Position numbers and translations under genes: made by a program. A model generated the notes under the pieces. That model was given only the letters and a program-made list of their open reading frames with translations. It did no database searches and was not told where the DNA came from. This document shows, in pieces, positions 35,497 to 50,249 of a DNA stretch of 64,000 nt. The DNA is from Felis catus (lineage: Eukaryota). Position 1 is the first letter of the stretch. Every line of letters begins with the position of its first letter. Where the stretch lies: positions 23,438,001 to 23,502,000 of the forward strand of contig NC_058369.1 of assembly GCF_018350175.1 (NCBI RefSeq), written 5' to 3'.

Positions 35497-37681
35497 ATGT
35501 CTCTAACTAAGTACATCAACTTCAAGCTAAGCTTCTTTTTCTCTTGGAAGTTTCAAGTGCAGAGGTGACATATCCTGTTTGAAACTGTGGATGGTATTTT
35601 TCAAATACTTTAAAACACCACTTATTATCAAAGGGCCAAAGCAATGTGTTTAAAGGTAATAGCACCTTATTGGCTTAGAGGCACCTCACTGGCTTTAAAA
35701 TGCTCTCCTGGCATGGAGTGTAAATGCTATTGGCTCTGAACTCATTCCCGAATTATGCAAAGCTTTCGTCCCTTTTTTGAATGCCAAATGTTTGAGCCCC
35801 CACTTCTCAGTGTCTTGCTGAGAGGCCACGCTGCCGGGAGACCATCAGGTGGCTGTAAAATCTGACAGCCCGAGTGAGGGAATCCAAATCTGGTTCTTAC
35901 TGAGTAGCCAAGACGGCTGGGTAACTCCACAGCCAGCTGTAGATCACTTTTATGGACAGCGAGGGACACATCATTCCGGTAGCATCTGCACAGAGTGTCT
36001 TCCCGGACCATTCTAGGCTGAGGAAGGTGCAGGTGTGGCTGTGCATTTTTGTAACCCCCCTCACGTGTGAGCAAAGCCCACTGCTCCACACATCCTAGGC
36101 TTTTCTCACACCTCTTCTGTCGTGAACTCAGTACCTTGATCTTTGGGTTTCAAGAGTTGACTTAAAAGGTAATTTTCTGGTACCAGGCCCGTTGCTCTCC
36201 TCCTAATGCTGAATTCACTTCATTATCCAAGTTCTTTAGTCTCTGACTTACAGTAAATAATTGTCCACAGCTGTTGTGAGTTGGTTTATCCTTCAATAAG
36301 GGTCAGGATGGCTGACTAGACATCAGAGGAAAAACTTCTATAATTTGGTGTTTAGACTAACTTACATCTATGTTTATCTCTTTTGTGTTTGTTGTAACTA
36401 AATAGGCAAGTGTGGGTTGTGGTTTAAGCATGACCAGGCAACCTGGATGTCATGGTTTTCTTTCTCATTCTTTAATTCTGATGCATGTGGAATTCTCTTC
36501 TTCCTCCCGTGCCTCAGTTTCCCCAGCAGTCACACAGAGGTGCTCAACAGTTCCTCTCATAGACTGCCTGGAGGAGTTCATGGGGGTCTGCTTGCCCATT
36601 ACCTGTGAAACCAAATACCGGAAACCAGCTCTGTCTACAAGACTAGGGGGAGCCAACCCATCTCTATTGCTAGACGGGACTCACCTGAAGCTGAAACACT
36701 TAACAAACTCAGGTGTGCTATCGCTTGCAATGAAGAGAGAACCACTCCATGTGAAACCTTTACCTTCAATGCTAAAAGGCAAAAGGCAAAAAGACCCAGT
36801 GTCCCAGCAGGAAGTGGGATCCATTGGTGCATTTCCATTTATGGAAGGTGGGGGGGGGGTGTGGGAGAAGAAAGAAGGATTCTGCCACGTATATTTCCAG
36901 ATGGGATTTCTGGGCTTGGCTCGTGGTGGGGCCCACACAAGCTCTCCAGCTGTGTCCTGGGATCTCTAGGGGGAGGCCTAACGGCAGGATGAGGCAGGAG
37001 GCGTCCTCCCAGGGATAAAAATTTATTAGGTTAAAACCTAATGCAAACACAATTTTCTCTGAAAACACCAACATAAGGAGCAAAAGGATAAGCAAAGATG
37101 ATTCCAAAGAAAATGTAGCCCATTGAGATTAATGGCTAGGGAGGAAAGGAGGGAGACCATAGCAAACTGTAGGCCAGGAACAGAGAACAAGGAACATCTG
37201 AAGCTTTCTACAAAGGAAGCTCATGACCCCCCATTGAAGCCACTATCATCTGTTGCCTAGAATACGTCAGAGGCTGCCCTGCCCTCCCTCTCTGCCTTGT
37301 TGAATGAGCCACGCCCACGATCAGCCTAATCTGGGTACCAAGTAGGAGCCTCGTGCAAAGTAAAGCCTTTTGGGGTCGGACAGACCTGCAGCTGTAAGTT
37401 ATTTAGCCTTATTGGGCCTCAATTTTCTCACCTATGCAATGAAGATAATAAATGCGCCTTGTAGGGCTCTCATGAAGCTGAAGTAACATCGTGCTTGTGA
37501 GGTCTTTATACTCTATGTGGCACATCAGAGTCTCTCTGTAAATGATAATTGTTACTATTCCCAGGGCCGTTACCTCAGTCAGACCACTTCGTTGCTCACA
37601 GCTCCTTGGTGACTCCCCATGGCCCATGGCATGAAGGCTGAGCTCCCTTTTATAAACCCTGGCTCCGGCTTGCTTTCTAGA

Positions 37682-37875
37682 CCAGTGCCGTGCAGCCGAA
37701 CTCTCTGCAATCATGGAAATGTTCCCTGTGTTGTGCTGTGTGGTAGCTGTTGGCTACATGTAGCCAACGAGCAGTTGAAAAGTGGGTAGAGAAACCGAAT
37801 GCTAAATTTAATTTTAATTCATTTAAATTTACCTAGCCACATGTGGCTAGCAGCTCCTATATTAGATAGTGCAAG
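37682..37875. mobile_element. MER3-like hAT DNA transposon relic
   Basis: tggaaatgttc…gctacatgtagcc…ttaattttaattcatttaaattt…agccacatgtggctag. Confidence 0.75.
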
Positions 37876-38201
37876 TCTTAGACATTTGCATTTCCCCCAA
37901 AAGGCATCCACTCTAGCCAAATGGATTTTTCACTCCTTGCTGTTATGCCTGTGTGATGCTGCAAACAGCTCTGTGGTTTGTGCCTTGCCCCAAAGCGCCC
38001 AGCCGAGGGGGGAAGTAGGACCCGACATCGAGCCAGTGCCTGGCTCATCATCCTGCGTGTCCTGGGATGGGGCTGCATCAGCAGGGAGGATGGGCTGTCA
38101 TCTTCTAATTCACACAGTCAGCAGGAAAGCTCCATTCAAAGGCGTCTTTATGCCAGCAGTGTTGCTATGCACCTTTTCTCTCTGGCCAAAGCCATTTCGC
38201 C

Positions 38202-38370
38202 TTTTTTTTTTTTAAGTTTATTTATTTTGAGAGAGAGAGGGAGAGAGAATCCCAAGCAGGCTCCGTGCTATCAGTGCAGAGCCTGACGTGGGGCTTGATC
38301 TCATAAATCATGAGATCGTGACCTGAGCTGAAATCAAGAGTTGGATGCTCAACCGACTGAGCAACACGGG
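38202..38370 (-). mobile_element. Can-SINE
   Basis: Poly(T) followed by reverse body and head. Confidence 0.9.
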
Positions 38371-38699
38371 ACTAGCCCAAACTCCTTGCACTCATTAAGC
38401 TTCAAGCCCTCCGAACTCTCTAAGCTTTCTTTCATCTGTGAGGCATGGTGGAGGTCATGGTTAAGAATTCAGTATCTGAAGCAAGCCATGTGCCTAGCTG
38501 GAATCCCAGCTCTGTCACCTACTTGGCATATGACTTTGAGCACATTATTTTCTCTCTAAGCCTCTGTATATTCAGCTATACAATGGGACAGCAATAGCAC
38601 CTCTCTCATAGGGTGGTTTCAAGGAGTAAGTGATGATGTGGTTAGGTTTGTCGCATGGTGTCTGACTCAAAGTGAGTGTGAATTGTACTTTTATATACT

Positions 38700-39350
38700 C
38701 GCTCTTTTAATAAATATTTATTGAGCAACTATACATGCTCAACACTGTGTCAAACTCTGGAGATTCAATGGTGAGTAAATGCAGATAAAACCCCTGTCCA
38801 CCTGGAGGCGTGCGTAGGATATAGGTGATGTTTCAAATGATAACACAAACAACCATAGCACTGCAACCGGGCGGATGTGAAGGAAAGATCCCTGGTGCAA
38901 TGAGAGCCTGTGGCAGGTTTGTTTGTCCCACTCAGCCAAGTCAGAAAAGACTTTTCTAAGAACAAGATGCTTGAGCCAAGATTGGAACGAGGAGAGTAGA
39001 TGTTGACTAGCTGAGAGGAGGGGGAAGTGTGTTCCAGGCTCAGGGAACAGCATACATGAAGGCCTTTGCTGGGTGGGACTGGGAAGTCCCCAGAGGGACA
39101 GAAACATAGGATAAAACATAGGATAAGGCACGGTTTGAGACTGGGCTGCAGAGGCTGGACAGGCATTTTTGTAGCCCGCACAGCAGGAAGAGCAGAGAAA
39201 TGCCATGGTCTGTTTTGCTTCTCTACAAAGATCTCACCGATTTCAGTGTGGAGAACGGATCAGGTCACACATGGCGTAGAGGCAGGTAGACGTAAAAACC
39301 CTGCAGCCCTATAAGCAAAGGATGGCGGTGAGGAAAGAGACAAAAATGTG
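38700..39350 (-). mobile_element. L2 fragment
   Basis: aataaatatttattgagc…gttccaggctcagggaacagcatacatgaaggcc. Confidence 0.7.
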
Positions 39351-40029
39351 TTTGAATTCAAGCTACTTTGTTTTCCTTTCATCCAGGAATTCATGACATA
39401 CGGTCTTTTGATGATTAACACAGTCTTGTATTTCTATTTACTCAGGTCTTCCAACACTGTCTATGCCCTGTCACTCCGATGGGAAGATAAACTCTTTGTA
39501 ACCGAGAGTCATTTTATATTTGTGTGTGTGTAACTTGAATGGCACCCTGCTTATAGTAACTTCAAAAGGAATATTTGCTAAGGTGTTTTCTAAGTTTCAT
39601 TGACTAGTAAGAGGGACAATTGTATGAATGGCTGATAACATGGGAGGGTTGTGGGGTATGTGAGGATAGAAATTTTTTTCTCCGTGTTGCCAGAAGAACC
39701 GAGCAAAACTAGCAAGGGAGAGAAAAATACTCAATTCTTCCAACTAGACAAGGAGGACTTCTTTTCCAGACGGGTAAGGCTTCCCTGAAGGACCTGAGTG
39801 AAATCAGCATAACAATACTTCTCTCTCCCCGTGGTACTTGCCATAAAGTTCTAAAAGTGATCTTCACATTTACATGTGCTGTACGCGCAAAGGGTGATAT
39901 TACTTATTTAAAGCACACAAAATAACCAAGCTCATTCTTCTTTTCTTTCTTATTCTCTTCTCACGTTCAAGCTTTTACTTTAGTTTTTTTGTTTTATTTT
40001 GATTTTTGTTTTGTTTTGTTTTGTTTTCA

Positions 40030-40570
40030 GGGGAAAACAGCAGAAACCCCAACGCAAGTTGACTTAAATCAGAAAGAAATCACTCTTTCAAATAACAAGT
40101 GGTCCAGAATCTGGGTGTTCTCCAGGAAGGTTCAGGAGCTCAACTACTTATCAAGGAAGAGGCTCTGTCCCACTCTGTTTTGTACGGCACCAGCCTCAAA
40201 CCAAAGCTAGTTCCCTTCAAAGTCAGAGGGTCAGTAGGGCGGCCCAGGCAGAGTCTTGTTTACATGGGAGAGAAAACTCTAGAGCAGCAAACACAGTAAC
40301 CGGCTTCCTTACCCATCCCCTTCAGAAGGAACGGAAAACTTTTCCCCATGCCATAACTTGAACTCATCTCCTTCAGTCTGATTGGACTAAGAAGGTCACA
40401 TGTCTATTCCCAGACCAATCACAAGCTCCATGAAAAAAAAATGCCATGCTCTGATTGGCTTAGAGTAAGTTAAGATTTACCCCTGGAGCTGGGGATAGAG
40501 AGGTTTTCTGAACCAAAATTGGGTGTGCATTGACAAATAGGAAAGGGAGAAAGGCGCTGGAAAGGCAACC
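40030..40570. mobile_element. Old MaLR LTR (MLT1K/L-like)
   Basis: ctgattggactaagaaggtcacatgtctattcccagaccaatcac…atgctctgattggc. Confidence 0.55.
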
Positions 40571-42914
40571 AAGTATGCCTTCCTAGTATGAGCTGCTTCC
40601 TAGAAAAATGAGATGATTTTGTAAGTCAAGCTCCACTTCATCTATTCCTTCGTGCACTCACTCCACGAATATTTATTGGGTGCTTACTCTGCGCTGAACT
40701 CTAGGTAAGCTTATTTAGAGGCACCTCAAGAATTTTTCGAATACCTCTGAAGGTATTTTTCATTCACTTGCCACATATGGAGGCAAGTAGCCATATCAAG
40801 AGACAGACGTAGTCACGTGGCACATTTTTAAAAACCCATGCTCCTAACATTCTGTTCGCACATTCAGATCTTCATAAATCTGGATTCCAAGGGGACCAGG
40901 TCACGATATCATTTTGGGCCATTGTCAATGAGGATTTACGATGGTTGTTTGCATGACCCAACCATATGCTGTGGCTGGGGAAATATTCTGGTTAGCCTGT
41001 TTGACGTATGTATTGATGACAAAGAAAGTTACACCACACCACACCACACCACACGAAGAGAGCAACATGAAAACCTTCCCCAAGTTATCAGTGTATTGCC
41101 TGTAGAATAATGACCTTCTTGGTAAAATCAAGAGATGATTAAAAATAATTAATGGATATTTCTTGAAAAGGATATAACAATTGGAGGATCTGGAAGCCAG
41201 CTGTCCTAACATTTCTTATGAAGAAGGTTGCATATTACTGGTTCTGTGAAAACGTGTGCCTTTCGCCCTTCAGCAAAAGGCCAGGAGAGACAGAGCTGAC
41301 CCAGGGATAATGCTGGTTTTTTTGTTCTTATATCCTTTCAGCACAGAGCCCAAGACTTGGGAAATGAATTTTTTCTGACCTGACTTGGTCTTTTCCTGTG
41401 TGTGACCTGAGAAATCTGAGTGTCTTAACTGGAGATCTGAGAGAATGGAACCCCTTATTCACACGCCAATCACCCAGTTTCCAGAATGAAACTAGAGAAA
41501 GAAGGAAGAAAACTCCATTGTGCCTTGCTTTCCTCGTGTGTCAAATAGAGAGAATACTATCTAGACCATGGAGGTGGATATGAAAATCAAACAAAATACT
41601 ATGTATGTAAATACCAGCAAGGGCAAGGAAAGGGGTTGGCCACAAACAGCAGCACGAGGGGAATTTGTTGGAGGTGGAACTGTTCTGTGGTGGTAGTTAC
41701 ATAGCTGTATGCATCTGTGAAAAGTCATAGCTCTGGTCACTAAAAGGAATAGATTTTAACTTGTATAAAGAAAAAGTAAACAAAATGCCCAGACACAATT
41801 TTTAATTAATAAATCCCTAAGTGCCAAGCTAGACATTTATAATAATAATAAAAACACGCAGTCCCTAGTTTCAAGGAGGTAATGGTTTTGAGGGACAGAC
41901 ATGTAAAATGTGAGCCTCCTTATCTACTTCCATGGAAGGTCTCTTCACACACACGAGGCTCTCTGATTCTCAGATTTGCCATGCTCCTGTCCCCTCTGCA
42001 CATGCCGTACCCCACTGTCCAGAACAACCTTCTCTCCTCACTCCTGCTGTTGGTTAGTTCCTCTGCACCTTGTGGATCTTGGTTTAGTCACCTCCTCCAG
42101 GAAGCATTCCTGGAAGACCTACTTCACGGGTTCAGGGGTGTGCTCCCTCACAGTACTCCTCAGCACCTCCCACCTGTCACTCTGCTTACCTGGTGCTTCT
42201 GTGGGCTGTGAGTTGGTGAGGGTGGGGATCCTGAGTCCAGTTTGCTCTTGTCACCCCAGAACCCTTCATGTTAAGTGTACCTGGCAGGTGGGCGGATGAT
42301 GGACAGATGGTAAGTGAAGGATACTCTGGCCCACTGTGACATCTCAACTCAGTCACAGTTCTTTACCTTGATCAGTAACAGGAGCCAACATGAACAAGCC
42401 TCAGCAAAGAAGAAAACTTACTCACAGGGTATTGGAAGAGACCTGAAGCTCAAAAGTCACTGGGTTATATGGGAAACTAGAACAAGCCTCTGCATAGCTG
42501 TTGGAAACGCAGACAAAATTTTCTCTCCATCCCTACTGTTTTTTTCTGCAGTTCAACCTCATGCTCATTTCTGCTCAACTTCATTCTCTCTGTTCCTCCC
42601 ATATGCACATGTTGGAAGAAGGTCACCCAACAACAGGTTGCCCTTTTCCTTAAAAGGAAACAGTTCAGACTAATGGGCTGTCTGTAAATCCCAATGCCAG
42701 AATCCTGGAAGGATCTGATTACTTCAGTTCGGGCCAGATCTCTACCTGTACGTACCTCAGTCAACTCTGACCACAGTGCAGACTCCCATCGCACAAATAT
42801 GGCTGCCAAGGTCGACCCAGTTCTTAAAAAGAGTATTGTTTCCGGGTTGGGCAGACACTTCAATCAGTGATGACTACTATAGCAGAGTATAGTGATGACT
42901 CTCTATAGCAGAGA

Positions 42915-43458
42915 GACTCTAGGAGACCCCTGTGACCTTTATCTCCTGGTATTCATGACTTTGAGTGTGGGCAGGGCCTGTGACATGCTTTTAACCAATA
43001 TAACATGACAAAGGTGATGGGAAGTATGTGATCATACGTATATGATTGCATGTGTATAAGATTGTAGCATTCATCTTGCTTCAGTCTTTCCATCCTTAAT
43101 TGCTCTAAGGGAGCAGGTTGTTAATGTTGGGAGATCCTACATGTCAAGGACCCACGGGTGACTTCTGGCCAACAACTATCAAGAAATTTAAGTTCTCAGT
43201 CCTACAAAGACCACAAGAAACAATTTTGTCAATAATCCGAGTGAGCTAGGAGAAAGACTCTTCCCCAGTCAAGCCTCAGATGATATCATGGTCCCAACCA
43301 ATATGTTGATTGCAACCTTTTGAGATCTTAAGCAGAGGACACAGCTAAGCCATGCCTAGAATTCTGATCCACAGAAATTGTGAGATAATAAATATGTGCT
43401 GTATTGAGCTTCTAAGTTTGTGCTGATACTGTTATACAGCAATAGAAAACTAATAAAA
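42915..43458 (+). mobile_element. MaLR solo LTR (MLT1E/F-like)
   Basis: gagtgtgggcagggcctgtgac…ttccccagtcaagcctcagatga…gtgagataataaat…gttatacagcaatagaaaactaata. Confidence 0.85.
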
Positions 43459-44787
43459 CTGTACAATATTTTCCAATTAAAAATACACTCAAAGCTTCAC
43501 AGGTTCTTAGTACAAACTTGTAAGGTAACCTCCAAATTAAGGCCACACTCTTTCAGGTGGCCCAAGAATGGTGCAGTAGCCACACCTGATAGTGGAAGGG
43601 ATGCCGGGGCCTTACACAGGAGCCCCCACCATGATGCTGACGTGTGCTGTTGGGAAACTTCTCTCAGGAGATAGAGTGCTGAGCTCAGGTTGGGGTGGGA
43701 GGTTGAGCTATCACGTGAAAGATGCCAACCTCTGGAGTTAAAAATGGTAGGGCACCCAGAGGCAGCAGGAAGGTGGACCAGGGAGGAGCATGAGAATGGA
43801 GGGGAAGAGCAAGGCAGACTGAAGGCTTCTGGGTTGGAGCTGTGTCTGCAGTGTAGATTTCCTCTGCCCAGAGTAATCCAAGTAAGTGTCAAATTACTGA
43901 TTTGTGATGTCGCTAAGCTGGTGGGGGAAGAGGGTTAGATGTTTCACACGCCTACTTCAGGGTAAGGACCCTTATGTCTTATCTCCAACTTTAGCCACCA
44001 CAGGTGGCTAATGTGCCCGTCAGGGAAGACAGCAGGGAGCAGCTATAATGCTGGAAATATCCACATGATTGTCTCAGACTGTACAGATAAAAATTACCTG
44101 TGATGCTTGTTCAAAATCCATAGTCCCAGACCTCTCCCCCCTGTAATTCCTACTTGGGGAGATCTAGGCGGAACTCAGGAAGCAACACTTTCAACAGGCC
44201 GTCACGGGACTTGTATCATCAGGGTAGCTTGGGAAAACTCATGCACTCATGTTTGTGGAGTCTGTCCAGAATAATGTCAATACTTCTTACCATATATTGG
44301 AGATGACACTGTGGTCCAAGATTGGAAAATGATGCCCATCTGAGACCCTTCTCCTGAGTAGTGCATGGAAGGCTCGAATCCCCACAGCAAAGGATCCACT
44401 GATGAGCTTCCCAAATGGACTGAGTCAGGAGCCTGCTCCAGCCATCCTCACCATCCACCTGCACACCCAAGGAACCCTTGAGGAGCCATTCTCCCACAAA
44501 GACTCTGGAAAATCAAAACTGTGCAGCCAAACCAGTGCTCCAGACAGAATGTGCCTGAACCTCCATGGTGAAGCCCAAAGCGCTTCACCCCTCCTCCCCA
44601 ATTTGTCCTTGTTCCCTCTGGACCAGGCAGCCCAGTCAGGCTGGCTCCTGTCTCTGCTTGAGTCTCTCCCTCTTCCTTGTCAGCCTTCTCTCCTCCCTGT
44701 TAAAATGCCATCCTTAACAAGCTCATCTGCACACAGGGAGCCAGCTTGCTTCCATTCCAAGTGACACTTCCATCAGAAAGGGCTGTC

Positions 44788-45008
44788 GGGGCGCCTGGGC
44801 GGCTCAGTTGGTAAAGTGTTTCACTACTGATTTCGGCTCAGGTCATGATCTCACAGTTCATGAGTTTGAGCCCGGCGTCGGGCTCCACGCTAACAGTGCA
44901 GAGCCTGCTTGGGATTCTCTGTCTCTCTCTCTCTCTCTGCCCCTCCCCTGCTCGCTCGCTCTTCCCCCCTCTCTCTCTCTCAAAATAAATAAATAAACAT
45001 AAAAAAAA
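44788..45008 (+). mobile_element. Can-SINE
   Basis: TSD AGAAAGGGCTGTC. Confidence 0.95.
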
Positions 45009-47401
45009 GAAAGGGCTGTCTGCTCAGTGCTAACAGAAGCAGCCTCACCGCTCCTTGGTGTACATATAGAATAACGATGAGCAAGGGAGTGAGCCTGCTG
45101 TCATTTTGTAGGGCAGTGGGGAAGAAGCCTGGGTTGTGGGGAAAACTCGTTTCGCTTCTGAACTCTTGCCTCCCTGGCTTTGCCCCCTCCTTCTCTGGCC
45201 GGTCTTGCCAGCTGCTGACTGTGGTCCCCTGAGACCAAGCCCTCCCTGAGATACCGTTTGCTACAGGGCCTGACCAAGGATGGGAGGAATTGACAGCCCC
45301 TGCTGAACCCAGCGGTCCTCGCACACTTCTCGGCCAATGGGAGGGGCTCCAGACCCTACTGAGTCACATGACTACTTGGGTCTCCAAGGAGCAAGGTTGC
45401 ACAAACACAATTAATGAGCCAACAGTAATAAAAAGGATTGGAGCTCCTTTACTCCTGTATTTTGAAAACAAGAAAGAAGATGCTTGTTCTTGCAACACTG
45501 ACTGCAATCCCATTTCCTGTATTCCACCTTCTCCCAGACCCTGCAGCTGTACTGCAACTGCCCCAGCCCCAACAGACACACGCACACACACACACACACA
45601 CACACGCACGCACGTGCATGCACTCACAACACCCGCGTGCACATGGGCACACTGTATCCATCCAGATGCACACGTGCACACAGCCCTGCAATGTTCTGAG
45701 AATGGCAGCTGTCTTTCCTTCTCCTCTCCCTACACTGAGTATATTATGGAGACTGTCTCAGCCTCTCCCACCCTCTAAGCCACCCTGTCCTTTTACAGAC
45801 AGTACTGAGGGGAAGAAACAGAGGTCTCCCCCACAGGATTCTCCCTCTGGGCTGGGGAAGAAGATGGGCTTCTAAACACTCCCCAGTTCATTTGTGTCAT
45901 TACATGAGCCATTATTATAGGCAGATGAGAAGTCGTGTATGATCAGCTGCTTAAAGACAGAACTTTCCGATCGATACGTGAAGATAGGAAAACTGAAACT
46001 CTTCCTCTTTCCCCTAGCATGAATCCTGTGGTCCCCGCCTCTCCAGCATCTAAATCATGCAGCACAAAATCTCCCAGAAGAAAATAATGTATTGGGTAGT
46101 TATTATGTACAGGCAGGTAATTTACACATATTAATTAACCCTTGCTCCTATCCCCATCATTGAAGAGTATGAGCTCTAACGTGCTAATAATGGCATGTGT
46201 GCACACATCTAGTCCTCACCAAGCACTGTTGTGAGTTTTTAACATGCATTAACTCATTAAATCTTCCCAACAATGCCACGCAGCACCTCCCATTGTTGTT
46301 CCTAGTTTGCCCATGGGGAACGTGGGACACAGAGAAAGAGTTCTGTTCAGCACCGTAGCAAGGGAGCAGAGCCTGCGGGAAACCTGAAGCCGACCCAGTC
46401 CTGACCTATGTTCGCCTGTCTCCCCTGGTGTTCTAGGTCAGAGGACATTCTCCGGACCTGAGCGACTTCATCTTGGGGTTGACCGTGTATTTTCTAGCTC
46501 TAGGAGCCACTTGACCCATTCAGATTTTGGTAAATAGCAATTTTAAACTTAAAACTTTCTGTGAGGACTGAGATAATAAGTCTTTCTAGATCAATGCCTC
46601 GCCTATATTTAACTCTTCATGAATATAGCTGTCATTATTGATATTAGCACCATTTTGTAGGTGAGAAAACAGAGGACCGCAGAGGCTAGGTCACTCGCTC
46701 AAGGTCACACAGCTCATCATTGGTCAATACAAGGTGGAAATCTAGGTTGGCTTCTCATATTTGGATCCTTTTATCCAGAACACCTTGCCACTACATTTTC
46801 ATCGAGATCCAGAGTGTGGAAGTCCAGCAAATTGTTTTGACAGTTCTTTTCTAAACGAGCATCAGTCCTGTATAAAGCCAGCTGTCAATGGCACTGGACA
46901 CTGTAGCCTGCATGCTCCCAAATCTGCAGTTCATCAACAGAATGAAATCTAAATGTCAGATCACATCCTGTCTGATATGTGTCCTTCCCTAAACACACAT
47001 AAAACTAAAATATTTGTAGACGGTTTTGCTATTTTCCAAAGCCTTTTCCGGACTCTTTATTCTATGCGCCTTTCAAAGTCCTGCACTCTTCGCTCCCTGT
47101 CAAGAGTGCCCTGGCTTGGGCTATGGTTCAACGTATAGGGTCTCCAGTCCACCTTTGCCAGACAGTGTCCCTCAGGATCCCTTCGGCCTCTACAAGGCTT
47201 GAAAATCAAGTTTGGAAAACTAAGGCTCAGAGGAGTACGGACAATTCATAAAGCGAGTGGTTGGTGTGAGCAAAGGTATATCCAGGTTGCTACTTGAGGG
47301 AGGTAAACTGAGCCCAAGTTAAGGCTCAGTTACTTACCCCTACAGTCACTTACCCTTGTAAGTGACAAATCTTAAATTCTCAGCTGCATCAAGAATATGT
47401 T

Positions 47402-47573
47402 GGGGCACCCTGGTGGCTCAGTTGGTTAAGCATCTGACGCCTGACTTCGGCTCAAGTTATGATCTCATGGTTCCGTTCGTGAATTCAAGCCTCACATCGG
47501 GCTCGCTGCTGTCAGTGCAGAGCCTGCTTTGGATCTTTTGTCCCCCTCTCTCTTTCCTCCTCCCCAGCTCATT

Positions 47574-47619
<46 letters not shown>

Positions 47620-47720
47620 AATAAATAAGCATTAAAAAAAAAAATTCTCACTCCCCCACCCCTTTGCCCCTCCCCCACTCATGCTCTTTCTCTCTGTCTC
47701 TCAAAACAAATATGCTTTAT
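47402..47720 (+). mobile_element. Can-SINE with long (CT)n and a second tail fragment
   Basis: Head at 47402, tail at about 47640, and an extra 3' fragment to about 47720. Confidence 0.9.
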
Positions 47721-48073
47721 AAATAATAAATTCAGAGTAACATAGTAAGAAAGATGCTAAGAATCAATCTGGCATCTGTATATCATTCACTTTTTTAATG
47801 TCGAAAGAATTGTCATATTTTGAAACAAATATATTAAACATGATTTTATGAAAGCTTTCTGGTTTGGAGAATTGTCTTCCCATTAAGTAAAATTTCAGTG
47901 TTATTCTATTTGTATGTAACTAATTTGCAAATACCATTTGCTCATCAATTAAAATGAAAATTACTAGTGTTAGTAAATCAGACTGATTGATTTTGGTAAG
48001 ACATACTAGATATGAATAGTCTGAGAGCTGGGAAAATCTATATAACTTCTGCAGTCAGAAATAAGGACCTACT

Positions 48074-48290
48074 GGGGCACCTAGGTGGCTCAGTCAGTCA
48101 AGTGTCTGACTTCCACTGAGGTCATGATCTCACAACTCGTGGGTTCCAGGCCCCGCGTCGGGCTCTGTGCTGACAGCTCAGAGCCTGGAGCCTGCTTCGG
48201 ACTCTGTGTCTCCCTCTCTGTCCGCCCCCCGCCCCCCACTTGTGCTCATTCTCTCTCAAAATTAAAACATTTTTTTTAATTTAAAAAAAA
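48074..48290 (+). mobile_element. Can-SINE
   Basis: Typical head, body and tail. Confidence 0.92.
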
Positions 48291-49881
48291 CTGCCTTCAT
48301 TTTCTCAGGGAGGAAATTTCCTCCTTAATTCCAAAGATCATTCTTTTGAAGCTCAGTGTTTGTTGGAGACCGGAGAAGGATTTGTGAAATCTCCACCCGG
48401 CTTGTTCCTGTGGTCCAAGCACCCGTCTGTCTGCCGGGATCCAGGGACACTGGAGTCATAACTGAACGTACTGCCTACTGCTCAAAGGCTGCCCACTGCT
48501 TTGTGGGGGTTTCGTCCTACTGTTACATTTATGCCTCACCTGGAGTCCGACACTCATCCTATTTCCAATTCCTAGCAAGCAAGCCAACGTAGCACGCTGA
48601 ACACACCCACGAGTTTTCATTTTTGACAGTTCTTAGAAAGCCAAGCCCAGTATTCTGAGAAGTGTGAGCACCTGAATGAAGGGCAGCCTCAGATGGAGGG
48701 GTGGGAGCTCCCCTCAAGATCCCTAAAACCGTGGCAACTCCTCGCTGCCTCCCCCATGAGGCAGGTCTCAGAACCAAGCAAACATCCGCCCTGCCTCTCC
48801 TCTCAGGACATTCCGCCTCTTCACGGGTGTTTCCACAAACTCGCTGCCTACTTTCCTCTATGGGTGGGTAAACCAAGCAAGCCTTTATTCCGAAAACATA
48901 AGAAGACTCTTCCTTACTAGAGAAAACCCAAGATACGGAAAGCACGCGGAGGAAGCAACAGAATGACAGAGTCTGGGGCAACATAGACTTTTGGGGGGGG
49001 TTGTACAAGGTTTCAGTTGGGTGTTCCTTTTTTTCTGAGACTTAATTTTCCATCCTGGGTAATTGTTTACAGGTAGAGGATAAATCCAGATGACCTCCCG
49101 AGGTTCCTTTCAGCTTCTGTGTCTTTGAGCCTGGAGTTTATTTTGTTCTTAAGTAAAACTGCTTTTTTTCTCTACCATTAAATGTATGGTATGGCAGACG
49201 AGTTAATGGTCCTGGGTTTAGTACCTCTCTACCCCTTTTAAGAAATACCCTGCATTTCCCTCAAGGGCAGGGAGGATACCTTGTTTCTCTCCAGATTGCC
49301 ACAAAGCAAGGGTTGGACATTGTCTGACCTGATTCGAAATGGCATATTTGGATCACTTGATAATTAACTTCCTTAAAAACTCGAGATTCCCAAAAAGGGC
49401 TAAGAATTTGGTCTTCAAGACAGAAGAATATTTTTAAATGATATAGATCTATGTGTCCTGACACAGATCTCTAAGATACAATCTTGAGGACAAGAAAGTG
49501 TGAAACAATATTTACAATATGATTCCACTTGTGTTGTTTAAAAGAGAAAACAACCCCAAACAATTGGTTTCCATAGGTACATATATTTCTGGATGCAAAC
49601 GCATAGAAAAACCGCCACCACAGAAGGCCACATAATACGACAGCGGTGTCACCTCAGGGAGAAAAGAAAATAGAGGGAAGGGACCTACCATTATCTGACA
49701 TGTTTGTAGTTTTAACAACCCAACTTTATTATTCAATACTTGTGTTCTTAAATATAAACAAATAAGTGGAAGATCAAACGTCAAGGGAATTCAGAAAGAG
49801 AAAACAAGTAGATAGATCAAAGTTGCACAGCTCACAAAAGCAAGGGGGAAGCTCTCAAAATGCCGCTCAAAACAAGATCTT

Positions 49882-50105
49882 AGGGGCACCTGGGTGGCTC
49901 AGTTGGTTGAGCAGCTGACTTCCGCTCAAGTCATGATCTTAAGGTTCGTGGGTTCGAGCCCTGAGTTGGGCTCTGCGCTGACAGCTAGGAGCCTGGAGCC
50001 TGCTTCAGATTCTGTGTCTCCCTCTCTCTCTGCTCCCCCCACCCCCCCACTCACACTCTGTCTCTCTCTCTCCAAAATAAATAAAAACACTAAAAAAAAA
50101 AAAAA
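49882..50105 (+). mobile_element. Can-SINE
   Basis: Typical head, body and poly(A). TSD-like AAAAC(AA)GAT. Confidence 0.93.
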
Positions 50106-50249
50106 CGATTGAGCGATGGGGGAAGGGTAATGTTGGGGGCACTTTCAGATGCTGTGTGCTATTCAAATGTACTCTGGAAGGATGATGTAAGTTAGAAGTC
50201 ACCCAATTTGTACCAAATTACGAAGCAGTGCTATTCAGAAGAGCTATCG

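Noticed and set aside
36412..36969. 185-aa plus-strand ORF
   Set aside because: It starts in MIR-like sequence, with no recognisable homology or splice context.
45290..45875. Overlapping ORFs with THTH/CVCV runs
   Set aside because: These are artefacts of a (CA)n-derived microsatellite.
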